A DNA stretch of 64,000 bases, taken from NCBI RefSeq assembly GCF_009914755.1, contig NC_060926.1. One strand, 5' to 3'. The DNA is from the human T2T-CHM13v2.0 reference genome, Homo sapiens. A program made the position numbers and the translations under genes. The notes beneath the pieces were generated by a model. It saw only the letters and a program-made list of their open reading frames with translations, did not search any database and was not told where the DNA came from. Shown piece after piece: positions 15,925 to 29,444 of the stretch. Each line of letters opens with the position of its first letter. The first letter of the stretch is position 1.

Positions 15925-17688
15925 TTAGAATACATTGTTGTTAACTACAGTCACTCTGCCACACAATAGACCTCTTAAATTTACTCTTTCTATCTAACTG
16001 AAATTTTGTATCCTTTTACCTTTGTCTCCCCAGCTACCCACAACTCTGCCCCCAGTAACCACCATTCCTGCTTCCTTAAGTTTAACTTTTTAGATTTCAC
16101 ATATATGTGACATTATGCAATATTTGTCTTTCTATGTGTGGCATATCATTACAAATGACAAGATGTCCTTCTAAGACTGAATAGTAGTCCATTGCATATA
16201 CGTATCAAATTTTCTTTATCCATTATCCATTGATGGACACTAAGATATTGAGTCCATACCTTGGCTATTATGAATAATGCTGCAATAAACATGGGAGTAC
16301 AGATACCTTGTTTTCCATAATTGCTGTACTAATTTACATTCTTGCCAACCGTATACAAGGGTTTCCTTTTCTTCACATCCTTGCCAACACTTATCTTTTG
16401 CCTTTTGATATTAGCCATTCTAACAGGTGTAAGGTGATACCTTACTGTTGTTTCAATTTGCATTTCCCTAATTATTATTGATGTTGAGCATTTTTTCATA
16501 TATCTGTTAGGCATTAGTATGTGTTCTTTTGAGACAGGTCTATTCAAATTCAGTTTTTAATCAGGCTATTTTCTGGCTACTGAGATGTTTGAGTTTCTTT
16601 TACATTTTAGATACTAACCTCTTTGGTTTACAAATATTTTCCCTCATTCTCTAGGTTGTCACTTCACTCTATTGATTATTTTCCTGGCTGTATGAGCTCT
16701 TTTGGGTTGATGTAATCCTGTTTGTGTATTTTCATTTTCATTGTTTGTGCTTTTGGGGTCATATCCAAAAAATTATTGCCAACACCAGTGTTGTGGAGCT
16801 TTTCCCCTACGTTTTCTTACAGTATTTTCACAGTTTCTGGTCTTACATTTAAGTTTTTAATCCATTTTGTGTTGATTTTTTTTATATGGCATGATATAAG
16901 GGTCCAATTTTATTCTTCTGCATGTGGATATCCAATTTGCCTACTATCATTTATTGGAGAGACAGTTCTTTCCGCCATTGTATGTTCTTGGTACCTTTTT
17001 CAAAAATCAATTGACTTTAAATTTGTGAGTTTATTTATGGTCTCTTTATTCCATTCCATTGGTCTACGTGTCTGTTTTTATAGAAGTACCATGCTGTTTT
17101 GACAACTTTGTGGCTTTGTAGCATATTTTGAAATCAGGTAGTCTGATGCCTTCAGTTTTGTTCTTTTTGCTAAAGATTGCTTTGTCTAGTCAGGATCTGC
17201 CATAGTTCCATACATATTTTCTATTTCTGTAAAATAATGTCATTGGAATTTTTATATGGATTACATTGAATCTGTAGATTGCTTTGGGTAGTATGAACAT
17301 TTTAACAACATCAGTTCTTCCAATCTATGGGCATGGGCTATCTTCCCATTTATTTGAGTCTTCTTCAATTTTTTTTCAATGTTTTATAGTTTTCAGTGTA
17401 CAAATCTTTTACCTCCTTGGTTAAATTTATTCCTTTGTTGTTTCTGTTGTTAATGTTGTTGCTTAGCTATTATGAATGAGATTATTTTCTTGATTTCTTT
17501 TTTGGATAATTCACTGTCAGTACATAGAAATGTTACTGATTTTTGTATGTTGATTTTGTATCCTGCAACTTTTTTGAATTAGTTTTAAGCCCTAATAGTT
17601 TTTTGGTGGAGTTGTTAGGATTTTCTATATATAAGATCAAGTCGTCTGAAAACAGGAGCAATATTTCTTCCTTTACAATTTGCACATT
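15925..17688 (-). mobile_element. L1MA-type 3'UTR and ORF2 3' part
   Basis: ORF2 remnant [19 protein letters not shown] (16329..16547) and an L1MA-like 3'UTR. Confidence 0.8.
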
Positions 17689-17699
17689 AGTAGGGTTTT

Positions 17700-19400
17700 T
17701 TCAAATTAAAGACTTCTCCTTAGCATTTCTTGTAAGATGGATCTGGTGGGGGTAAATTCTCTTAGCTTTTGTTTGTCTGGGATAGATTTTATCTCTCTTT
17801 CATATTTGAAGAATAGCTTTGCTGGATACGGTATTCTTGGATGGAAGTTATTTTCTTTCAGTACTTTAAAAATGTCATCCAACTTTCTCCTAGCCTATAT
17901 GGTTTCCATGGAGAAGTCTGTTTCCAAATAATTTGGAGTTCCTTTATATGTTATTTGCTTCTTTTCTCTTGCTGCTTTTAGGATCCCCTCTCTGTCCTTG
18001 ATCTTTGAGAGCTTGATTATTACATGCCTTTTGGTCATCTCATTTGGGTCAAGTTTATTTGAGGTTCTTGGACCTTACTATCTGGATATTTATCTTTCTC
18101 AAGTTGAGGAAAGTTTTCTGTTATTATTTATTTGAATAAGCTTTCTACTCCTTGCTCTTGCCCTTGCTCAGCTCCTTCTTGAATACCAGTAATTCTCAGA
18201 TTTGGTCTTTTGAGGTAATCTTCTAAATCTTGTAGGAAATCTTTGTGTTTTTTATCCTTTTTCTCTCCTGACTGTATAATTTCAAGTAGCCTGTCTTCAA
18301 GTTCTCTGATTCCTTCCTCTGCTTGATCCATTCTGCTGTTAAGAGCCTCTAATAAATTTTTCAATTCAGCAAATGTATTTCTCAGAGCCAAGATTTCCAT
18401 TTGATTTTTTAAATTATTTCAATCTCTTTGTTAGATTTCTTTGATACATTTCTGACTTGCTTTTCTGTGTTATATTGGAGATCACTGAGTTTCCTTAAAA
18501 CTGGATTTTGAACTTTTGATCAGAGAGCTCACATATTGTCTTCTCATTGGTTCCCCATTTGCCCTTGTTCTTGTGGATGTATATCTATTTCTTTGCATTG
18601 AATGATTATGTATTTAGTCCCGTCTTCTCTGTCGGCTTGCTTTGGTTTTAATTGGTTATATTTGCTTAGAGATTCTTTGTAATGTAACTGTTGAATGTCT
18701 TTCTTTTTTTTTTTTTTTTCTTTCGCTAGATCATGCCCTCATTTTTGGCACTAGATGGCACTATAAGCCCAGGTTCTTCCCAGCTCTAACAATCAGAATA
18801 CTGCCCATCCTGAATAGGGGAGGTCTCAAGGGGGATATCATGGCAGTGTGGGAAAGCTGGCTTGGGCTCATGCCCAGGGGACCTGTGGAACGTACCTCCT
18901 ACAGCATTGTGCTGCTGAACAGCCACTTTAATTTGGCTTCTCCATTGGCTGAGTTACACAGCAGAATTTTCAGGGCTGGGTATGATAGTCCTGCCTCCCT
19001 ACTTTCTCACTAGCTGCCTGCAGGAGTAATTTCTCTCATTTAGCAGTCACAATGCTTCCTGTAAGTTGAGGAAGAGATGAGTCTCCTGTCAGTGAACCAA
19101 TGATGGTGGAGAAGCTGGTTGTCCACCTTGACTCACTTTTTCCAGTGTTTTAAAAACTGAGAGTTACGGGAAATTTTCCCCATGCTTGCTGTTAAGCAGA
19201 GTGGGAAGAGGAGCATTGTGGATTTGGAAATCTGATTCTCCGATCATCTGCTCACAGATTTTAAGTTTTCTGTGGCCCCAGGAAATGACTCATCCTCATA
19301 TTTGAGTTCTGGGATATTGCTGGTAATAACCTAAGCACTGTATATTTATTTTTTTTTTTATGGCAGTAGTGAAGCCAGTTTGCTTCTACACAATCATAAT
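17700..19400 (-). mobile_element. Old L1 5'UTR/ORF1 block
   Basis: ORF 18128..18400 (ELKNLLEALNSRMDQAEEGIRELED..KRPNLRITGIQEG) is an L1 ORF1p coiled-coil/RRM-start remnant. Confidence 0.8.
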
Positions 19401-19429
19401 GGAAACAAAAGTCTGAACAGGTCAGCTTC

Positions 19430-19955
19430 TTTAGCAATTGTTATGCATTTTCTTTCTTTTGCTTGCCTAATTGCTCTGGTTAGGACTTCTAGTACTTTGC
19501 TGAATATAAGAAGTGACAGTGGGCACCCTTGTCTTGCTCCTGACCAACTTTTCACTATTGAGTATGTTGTTATCTGTGGATTTGTTATATATGACCTTCA
19601 TTGTATTGTGGTACATTCCCTCTATACCTACTTTGTTGAGAATTTTTATTATGAAAGGATGTTAAATTTTGTTAAATTCTTTTTCTGCATCGATTGAGAT
19701 GATCATATGGTTTTTGGGCTTCATTTGGTTAATGTCATATACAGCATTTATAAATTTGTATATGTTGAACCATTCTTGTATCCATGTGATAAATTCTGCT
19801 TGATCATATTGAATGATCCTTTTAATGTGCTGTTAAATTTAGTTTGCTAGTATGTTGTTGATAATTTTTGCATCTATGTTCATCAGGGATATTGGCATGT
19901 AATTTTCTTGTAGTGTCCTTGGTCTGGCTTTGGTATCAGGGTAATGCTGACCTGG
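19430..19955 (-). mobile_element. L1 ORF2 remnant continuing the 15925-17688 element
   Basis: Aligns by eye to the L1 RT region at 12660-13070, starting where the 15925-17688 piece stops. Confidence 0.75.
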
Positions 19956-21979
19956 CTGAAAATGAACTCTGAATTTAAAAAAGAAAAAAAATAATTAAAA
20001 TGAAATTGTTTTTACTATAATCTCAAATTTGATTAAAAATTTGGCTTGTTAAAAGTTTCTGAACAGTAAATGTTTTTCTCTCAAATTTTTAAGACATTGT
20101 TCCCCTAGCTTTCTCTCCCCAGATTGTAATAGGGTACTACCAGTAAGCCTAGTTTTATCTGGTATGGTGTTTTCTTTTCATTCTTTAAGTATATACTGAA
20201 GCTACTATGTACCACATATAGAATCTTATCTACCCAGAAAGGCTCTATATAGTAATTAAGCACATAGACTGAAGATAGGCTTTCTGGGTTTAAGTCTCAA
20301 TTTTGCTCCTTTCTAGTATGGGAACTTGTACAAGTTGTTTTACCTCTCTGCGTCAGTTTTCTCACTTGTAAAATTGAGAAGATTAAATGAGTTATTCCTT
20401 GATGTGCTAGCATGTAGTTTGCATGAAATAAGTGTTTTCTATTATCATTAAGGTTCTATTTTGCATGTGTTATCAAGTAAGAAATCTTTAGATAGTCAGA
20501 CTTTGCTCAAGTATGCTTTAATAAACCACTTCTGCTTGTAGGATGGGTTTGTTTCAGTTAGAGTTCACTATGTTATTGGTTTCAGTATGATACTAAACTT
20601 GCCTGAGACAAACTAATGCAAAATATTTTCAGTGAGTCCAAAAAAATCAACTCTTTAGTGACCCTAGAATTCTAGGATACAGTGAATTACTAAGTGGGAC
20701 TTCATGGTAATTTCACCTAAGTGAATACGTAACGATAAAGATTCATTATTTATGGTAATGTACAGTAAAATCAAAGGGCTAATGCCTACTTAAGGATTAT
20801 TTAATATCGACAAAATACTAGGTGGCTTTCAGGCTATAATAACCTGTCCAGTGGAATTATAATCCAAACCAGATAGCAATAATGCTAAGATAAGTAGGGA
20901 GGATTGCTAGGGCCAGTCTGTATAGACAACCTGTTGTGCTAATTGGAAAAATTTTACTCTTAGCTCTTCATGATTCTATTTTGGCTTCCATTCTCCTTCT
21001 TTAAAGAATCCAGGATAAATTATAATTGGTTTTGAAGAAGAAAAAACTAAATGTTGACTGTCCCAACTTAATAAATACTTTGGTATTTTGTGTCACTAAG
21101 AGCAGCAAGCAAGAAGCTCAATGGGGAAGAAAATTGTTTTTTTAAAATTATTATAGGAAAGGCATTCAAGAAGTGACTTTGCAGCTTTGTGATTTCACTT
21201 GAGTCATATATCTATAAATATTTGAGAAGGAAAAGCCAATTAATTTCCTGAGATTCAATTTATTTTCATAATTTTTGATGAAAGTTTACATTTTCCAAGA
21301 GTTTTCATAGCCAGACACAACTGCCACAAAGAAGAAATCAAGAAACCAAAAAAGTAAAGAACATTTACAGGAGAACAGATAAAATGAAAAAGAAAATGAA
21401 AAAAGGAATTAAACATACTTAGAAAAGAAGGGTTAACATGTCAGTCTTTTGTGAATGAAGAGAAATTAGTAAAAACATTTAAAAGAAGAAATAAGGAGAA
21501 TAAAAATGAAAATATCTCTCTGAAATTATTAATTTATTAATTAGTTTACAGAGAATAACAATTAAAGGCAACCTGCACAATTCCTGAGTTGGCAGGCACT
21601 AACTCATTATGTTTGCATTTCCTTAGCTAATCAAGCAGCCAGCTATAGCACAATGGAGTGAAGCTCAGACTCAAAGTAGAGACATCCCCATAGAGTACAC
21701 CTAGCCAACTTCTATGTGCCACACCCCCTTTATTCTTCTAGGAAAGTGAGAGGAACACAGTGCCTCTTTGGCAAATGCTTGATGAATATGAAATATTAAA
21801 GTCTCAGGCAAAACAAATTAAATTACATTGTGAAAGCACTGAAGGAAAAGTATTAAACTTCAAGTAATGGTTCTGTGCGAGAATGTGGAAATCACATTCA
21901 GAAAATGTGCTGACTCTGGCCATACCTTGTCTTTTTTCTGCGTGTCTCTAAAGACAGGTCATCATTTATTGCTTATAGC

Positions 21980-22740
21980 ATATTTCAAACAGCTTTATTG
22001 ACGTACATTTTACAAATCACAAAATTCACCCATTTTCATGAGTTTATAACTTAGTTATTCTTAATAATCAACCATAATCATAAATCAGTCGTAGAACATA
22101 TTTATCTCCTCAGTAAGATTTCTTATGTCCATTTAGAGTTAAACTCTTATCCTACCAGTAGCCCCAGGAAACTCCTAATCTACTTTCTGTCTCTGTAAAT
22201 AAAAATCATACAATACGTAGCCTCATATCTGGATGCTTTCACTTTACACATTTCTAAAGTTCATCTATAAAGTAATATTCAGTAGTTTGTTCCTTTTTAT
22301 TACTGGATAATATTCCATTGTATAGATCTACCACATTTTGTCTACCCATTCACAAACTGATGGACATTTGGGGTTTTCCAGTTTCTGACTCTAGGAATAG
22401 TGATGCTGCTATAAAAATTCACTCAAAAGTCTTTGTGTGGACTTATGTTGTCATTACCTTGAATAAATATGTAGAGTTGGGTGGCTAGATCATGATAGTT
22501 TGGTTATTAACTTTTTGAGAAACTGCCAAACTATTTTCCAAAGTGGCTTTGCCATTTTACATTCCTATCAGCAATGTATGAGAGTTCACATTTTCCACAT
22601 CTTCAATAAAATTTTTTATTGTCTTCCTTATTTATTACAGCCATTCTAGTGGAAGTGAAATGATATCTTATTATGCAGATTATCTAAGATATCTGAGGTT
22701 TGCATTTCCCTAATAACTAACGATGTTGAGCAGCTCATAG
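21980..22740 (-). mobile_element. Ancient L1 (L1MB/L1ME-like) 3' end
   Basis: AACAGCTTTATTGA..., AAACTGCCAAACTATTTTCCAAAGTGG, CAGCAATGTATGAGAGTTC. Confidence 0.75.
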
Positions 22741-24884
22741 CATTTCGAAGTTGCAAACTCCTTACTTCACAAATTCGGAGATGGACAGCGAAGTGATTTA
22801 TGTAAAAAAATTCAGAAATTTAGTGGCAAAAACATAATATCCATGTTTTGGCTCTTTAGTGCTTTTTTTTCTAGAAATCAAAAAATATAACCATATTACT
22901 TTATATGTTTATGGTTTAATATTTTAAAAATCATATTATTTAAAAACATAACCATATTATTTAAAAAGTCTTTCAGCAGATTATAACTTCCTATAAGCAG
23001 GAATGAAGATCTGTGTCTGTCACTACACTTGGTACAATTTTATGTCATCTTTATCTTTCCTTCCCTTGCTGTTATAGAATCTAGCAGATGTTTGTTGCAA
23101 GATAAATATGTAAATAAGTGAATGAATGAATGAATGTCAATAAATATTAAAAGCAGAATGTGTATCTGAGGAAAAGCCAACAATGTGGGAAAGATCTTAC
23201 ACAACACATGTATGTGAAATTATTCAACATCTCTTTAAGCAACAGGCGAAGTAAGTCACTTCCTCTTACACCTACATTGACTGTGTGCTCACCACTCCCA
23301 CTTATACTTTCTAAGAAATTTCCTGTCATCTTTAATTGTATTACATCAGTAGCATCTAAACTGACTTTTCTGTGTTCAGTTTTCTCCAACTTCTGCTCAT
23401 TAATAAAATAAATACCTGAAGTTGTTCCTTTGCTTTAAAACTGCCTCTATCTAGCCAGTATTCTTAAGACAAAGCCCAAGTTACTTAGCATGATACACAA
23501 GACTCTGTCACATATTAAATGGACCCTGAAGACAAGGTAAGTAAGCTGAGAAATTGGGTGGTCCAGTATCACCAAGAAAATCTCCACTGCGAGGCAAGTT
23601 TTCAACCTAGCCAATAGCATCACTTTAACTTTCCATTGATATAATCCTGGTCTTGCAAGGCCTTTTTTGTAGGCGGGGTGGTGAGTGGAGGGACAGGAAG
23701 AACATACCATTAATTGCTCTTTGTTTGAGCAGTTTGAGTGGGAAATGTTAATACTTTCTAACATTCCACAGTCCAGTTCCCATTCCCTAGAATTGATTAT
23801 CCTATTATCTGCCTCCCAAACACTCCTACTTCTCGTCTATGCTTAGAACAGAACCACCATTTTGCTGGAAAATGAATCCTGATCCAGCAGTACTGGGATA
23901 AATTCAGCACATTCTGAGGTAGGTAAGCTGAGGCTTAATGCTTTTCTGAGCTCACAAATGCAGAAACCCTGCTGATACTTTTGTTCTTGAGCAAGGTAAT
24001 CCAGACTTTAGGATGACTCACTGGCTGTGTTCACATGCATTTTCACAAATATTAATATGGATTAATGCATCACCTCCCTCTTGGCATGAGTTTACAATTC
24101 ATTAAGAGCAATTGTGAATTAGATTGTGACAGAAGATCTGTCTGTGTGAAGAACGCCATGCTCTCTCCAACTTCTGGGAAATGTAATGCTAGAGACAGAC
24201 TAACATAAATAGCACATAATGTAGCAATATCTTTCTGCCTACTCTTAATTCATCAGATTTATTATAGATGCTTTAAAATGACCTCCAAAGCCTTTTCTCA
24301 ACACATTTGATCGACAATTTTGAGCACTATTATGTGTAATTTTATTTACACTAGAGTCAGTGGCTTTTTCATGTTAAGATGCCATATCGATTTTGTGAAA
24401 TATCAAATAACACAGAAATTTGGTGAATTGTTAACAATACTTATTGTTATACAAATCTTAGAGAAATACAATTATATGTATGAGCATATTTAAGTATCAT
24501 GTAAACTTGGGATATAGTTTTATATTTTTGTAGACATTCCAGATGGTAAAACACCTAAAATTCTTTAAATAATTTTTTAAACCATGGCATAAACAGTTTT
24601 TGCTGGCATTCCAAAAACCCACACATTTTATTAGCATATGCCTCCCTGTCATATTTTAACAGTCCCTAATAATAACCAAAACACTTAGTACATAAATAGC
24701 ATTGATAAGCTGAGCCAAACCATAATGTGGAGAGAAACTGTGGTGCAGTGGCAAGAGCGCTGAAAACGTGTCAGGATGTGTTGTTTCTAGTCTTGGCATC
24801 TGCACTGACTGCATAACCTTTGACAAATTGCCTCATCTTTCTGAGCCTCTATACCCTATTTCTCAGATAAGAAGTATCAGCACT

Positions 24885-25365
24885 AAGGTTTCCTGAAAGC
24901 AGAACCTAGGAAAAAGGCCTACATGCATGCAGTTTATTTCAGAAATGATCCCAGTGAGCAGAACTGAAGAACAAGAGGAATAAAGCAGGGCAAAAGGAGA
25001 AGCCAATAGAAGTATATGGATGGCATTGAGCTGACAACAGCTCTGGGCTCCTGGTACTCAGAGTCTTTGGGGAGTCCCATGAAGTGTGTCTCAGAGTAGT
25101 CTGTCCAGAAGAAGAAAGGGGCAAGCATCGATTTAGTGCTTCATCAGTCAATGGCGGCCCTTAAGGGTGCTGAAGCCCCCAAACTTAATGGTTTGCACTT
25201 GCGTGAGTGTGGAGCAGGATCTCACAGGGTCCACTCAGAAATGTCAGAGAAGCCCTGGATCAGGAAGTGACAGGTACGGAAAGAAGACTAAAACAAAGTG
25301 CTCTTAGGTTGCCCTGCAGAGAAGCAGGGAAAAGCCTGCACAGAAGTGATCTCCTTGGCAGTGAC
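24885..25365 (-). mobile_element. LTR16-family ERVL LTR relic
   Basis: GGTTTCCTGAAAGCAGAACCT..GTTTATTT..TGATCCCAG..GAAGCCAATA pattern. Confidence 0.5.
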
Positions 25366-25457
25366 TAGAATGAAAGGAAAGCCCTGTAAATGTGAAATGG
25401 AGCAAAGCAGTTGCATGATTCAGAACAACATGCTCTCAAAAACCTTCCAGCTCTAAT

Positions 25458-25650
25458 GACATACAGCGTGGCATAATGGACATTGGAGACACAGAAGTGA
25501 GGAGGATGGAAGGGGGATAAGGACTGAAAATTATCAATTTGGTACAATGTACACTATTTGGGTGACAGGTATACTAAAAGCCCAGACTTCACCACTATAC
25601 AATTCATCCATGTATCTAGAAACCACTTGTGCCCCTAAAGCTATTGAAAT
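25458..25650 (+). mobile_element. L1PB (PB3-like) 3' end
   Basis: TACTAAAAGCCCAGACTTCACCACTATACAATTCATCCATGTA. Degenerate TSD at 25439-25457 and 26020-26037 encloses the purine tract. Confidence 0.8.
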
Positions 25651-25667
25651 GAAAAAGAAAGAAGAAA

Positions 25668-25703
<36 letters not shown>

Positions 25704-25817
25704 AGAAAGAAATAAAGAAAGAAAGAAAGAAAGAAAGAAAAAAGAAAAGAAAAGAAAAGAAAGGAGGGAGGGAGGAAGGGAGGAAGGGAGGGAGGGAAGG
25801 AAAGAAAAGAAAGAAAG

Positions 25818-25884
<67 letters not shown>

Positions 25885-26003
25885 AAAGAAAGAAAGAGAA
25901 AGAAAGAAAAGAAAGAAAGAAAGAAAGGAAAAGAAAAGAAAAGAAAGAAAGGAAGGGAGGAAGGGAGGGAGGGAAAGAAAGAAAGAAAGAAAGGAAAAGA
26001 AAG
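25651..26003 (+). repeat. Compound (GAAA)n/(GGAA/GGGA)n polypurine tract
   Basis: ~350 bp of almost pure A/G, directly visible. Confidence 0.98.
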
Positions 26004-26171
26004 ATTTTTAAAGTCAAAGAAAACCTCTAACTCTAATAGTATTTCGTACTATTTATATCATTAGGCAATTACGTTATCTAATTTATGTTGTGCCACAGTC
26101 CTTTGAGTATATTTTGTTATATGCATTTTGTAATGAGGAAACTAAATCTAGAAAGGTTAAGTAATTTACCT

Positions 26172-26386
26172 AAGGTGGGGTTTCTCAGCCTTCACACATT
26201 TAATATTTGGGTCAGAGAGTTATTTGTTGGGAATGAGGGGGACTGTCCTGTGCATTATGGGATGCTTAGCAGCATCCTTGTCCTCCACCCACAAGATACC
26301 AGTAGTACTCCTCCAGTCATGAGAATCAAAGATATCTGCCAAATATCTCCTAGCAGGCAAAATCACTCCCAATTAGGAATTCCTGG
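26172..26386. mobile_element. MER20 inserted in a MIR
   Basis: CTGTCCTGTGCATTATGGGATGCTTAGCAGCATCC..GCAAAATCACTCCC. The MIR core AAGTAATTTACCTAAG|..AAGTCACA rejoins across it. Confidence 0.8.
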
Positions 26387-28084
26387 CCTAAAGTCACAAT
26401 TGTAATAAATGGCATAAATGCAATTTGAAACCAGAAATGATTGACTCTAAAATTCACTTGAAGCACAAAGGAAGAAGAATCCTTCTTACTGCCTCAGATT
26501 AATCCAACCATCTGTTTTAAGAGAATCAAAAATCTATAACAATCAAATAGTTTTTTAAAAATCAATTCTTAATTATTATGTTTAAATAAATGCAAAGGTA
26601 GGGACAGAGAGTTGGTAATAAGAATCCTAAAACAAGATATAGGATTCCAGCACACTCCTGACAATATAGAAAATGATTGTACATTTTTCAATTTAATCTA
26701 ATTTAATTATTTAATTCAAAAAGTGTAATCATTCATTCAACAAATACAAAAGAGCACCTTCTGCATGCCAGGCATCACGTTAGAAGCTGGGGTTCATTCT
26801 TGAGCATAAATGGACATAATCAGTGTCCTCATGAATATCAGACTGCCAGATGGATTGGTGGACAGCCATAAAAAGTCCACAAATATGAAGTTACAGCCTC
26901 ATAAAGTAAAGACACGGGGTAATATAAGAATTAAAATAGGAAGGATTTACTTATTCTAGGAACATGTGCCCCAAGAAATGATGAGAACTGAAGAGATGAG
27001 TAGAAATTAAATAAGAAAGAAGGGGAGAGGGGAAGACTTCCAAGCAAAAGGAAGAACATGCATAATTTCTGTTGAGAAAGAAGAAAAATGAGGTAGTGCA
27101 AAATAAAGGCCAGAGAAGTAAGTAAAAATGAGAATATACATGTTTAAGACCATGTTAAGACTTCAGTCTTTAAGAAAAAGGAGAAGCCACTGGAGTGGCT
27201 TAATTTGAAGCTGAGAAGAGAAATGGAGGTGGGAAGTGATATGACCAAACTGGCACCTCAGAAACTGTAGCATAAGATATAAAGGTCAGTGGTGTGGTCT
27301 TAGGGTTAAAGAGAAGAGCCAGTAAGTGGGAAGAAGGATCATTTTCAGGGCCAAGTGAAATTGAGCAAAGTACGATAACTATTTTGGGTTTATTATGTAC
27401 CCTAAGAAATTTTGTGTAGCACTGAAGGACAGGAGATACTCGAAATAGAGAAGGCACATGAGAAAAATAACCCAACCAATTGTACCAGGAATGTTAAAAA
27501 TCTTCAAAAAAGGTCTTCTTGTAATATTTTAGGATGTGAACATATGATTTCCTTTTGTTGTTGTTGTTTGTTTTTAGAATTCCTATAAAAGTAATATATG
27601 TTCATTTGTAAAGTACTGGTGTAAAGAGGTACATAAATAATAATAATAATCTTGCATAATCTCACTAGACTTTATAAAGACATTATTGCTGTCTGACTCA
27701 CCACTCTGTAAGAGAAACAGCCCAGCTCAGTGGCCCAGGGTACATATTTGCTCTTGTGAAGTACAAAGTATCTACATTTGGTAATTGATGACCCTGACTA
27801 AGATTACTAGTTAACTCAAGCATAGTCATTAGAGAAGAGGCAAAAACCTAACTCCTGGAAAAAGCTTATATGAACACCAAAGGCTCATATGAATAACATC
27901 AAAAAAAGCGCCTATGAACACCAGGTGTCAGCGATTAAGAATTAAGGTTAGTGGTCCAATGTCAAGAGATGAAAGCTGACAGTGTCAGAATTGCCTTGAA
28001 CACCAGCTAGTGTTTGAAGCTTATTATTATAAGCAGACAAGTTTATGTTTGTGATATATAGGAAAATCCACATGGTGCTAACAA

Positions 28085-28292
28085 CCTAAGTTTCAAACTA
28101 TGGTCTTTCTAAGACAAGCGTCAGAACTACCTCAGATATTTCTCAAACACACACACACATACACAAATGCACAAATTCCTGGTGTTTTCCCCAAACCTAA
28201 TGAATAAAAAAACCTCTGAAGTTAAGTTCAGGATTATGCATTTTCAAGAAGTACACATCATTCTTACATGCACCCAAATTCGAAAATCACTG
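28085..28292. mobile_element. MER5-like MITE with short (CA)n
   Basis: TTTCAAACT...TGCATTTTCAAGAAG...AAAATCACTGG. Confidence 0.5.
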
Positions 28293-29444
28293 GTCTGGGC
28301 TATGATTACCAAGACACCTGGCACTGAAGAAAGCTCATGCCTGCAAATAGTAACTATTCAAGGAACACTGACCCACTCACCTTATTCAAAGAGGTTGTTT
28401 TTCTCAATAATTAGTAAAAGGTAACTAAGGTCCAAATTTCCTGGTCCCTTTCTTCACTATAGTCTTCCCAAAGCCCCAAGTTTAATGGAATAACTTCCCC
28501 AATAGCTTAAAATACTTAGTATCAGCAATATTTTACAAATGAATTCAATTATTAGCTACCAAGAGCTGAATGGAATGATACTGAGTTTCATTTAAAAAGC
28601 CATCTTTCCTTATTACTATAGTATTCCTTAAACAAAAACAAAAGAGGACTCATTGTACTTCCTTTACTTAAATTTTCACCAAAGTATATTAGGAGGTAGG
28701 TTGAAACCTTCTATATCAACGATTTACAACTTTTCGGGCTTCTAAATTTCTTAGCTAATACTAGAGAAGCAAAAAACATCAAGTGTCACTTTTTGTTGTA
28801 GGCTAACACACAGTAGAGAAGGACAGGCTCTGTATAGGAATAAGAGGATATGAACGATAAATCACGAAGGATAAAAGATGAATAAGAATTAACAAAATAT
28901 TAGTTGCTTTTTAAAGTAGGCACAACTGAAATTCATAAACAAGGTACCAGACTTAAAAATTATAAAATAATCTCCCTAATATATTCAGTACCAGATACAC
29001 AAATATTGGATCCAATTCTGTAGTTCTAAAATTCATAGAAATATGTGACAAATTTATTTTTAAAAATTCAGAGGGCTAAAACCTGAGTATAGGCTTAGAA
29101 AATACTTATTTTAAGTCACCTTAACTAGCAAAAAGAGAAAAAAGTGAACCTATCTCATGTATAACCAGGAATATATGTCTTGTTAAAGCAAAAATCTGTA
29201 AGGTGTAATTTTATCTTGTTTGCCCTCTAAGCATTAGAATATTGTTTAACTAAAAATTCTATATAACAATTTAAGGGATCTTTTTTAACCTAGATCTTTA
29301 CAAAAACACTAACAGAATTCAGAACAAATTCACATAAAGGAATAAGAGTTACATGTAATTTTTTCCTGCTAACTTGGACATATTTATATATACCAACCCA
29401 TGATACATGATATAGAACTAGAATCTGAAATAAATTTCTGATGC

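Noticed and set aside
25547-26017. 154-aa K/E/R-rich and 133-aa F/L/S-rich ORFs
   Set aside because: They are translations of the GAAA repeat, which simply lacks stop codons.
27858-27925. Short repeats with spacers as a CRISPR-like array (also 52696-52800)
   Set aside because: Only 2-3 degenerate copies in primate DNA, with no regular spacing and no cas genes.
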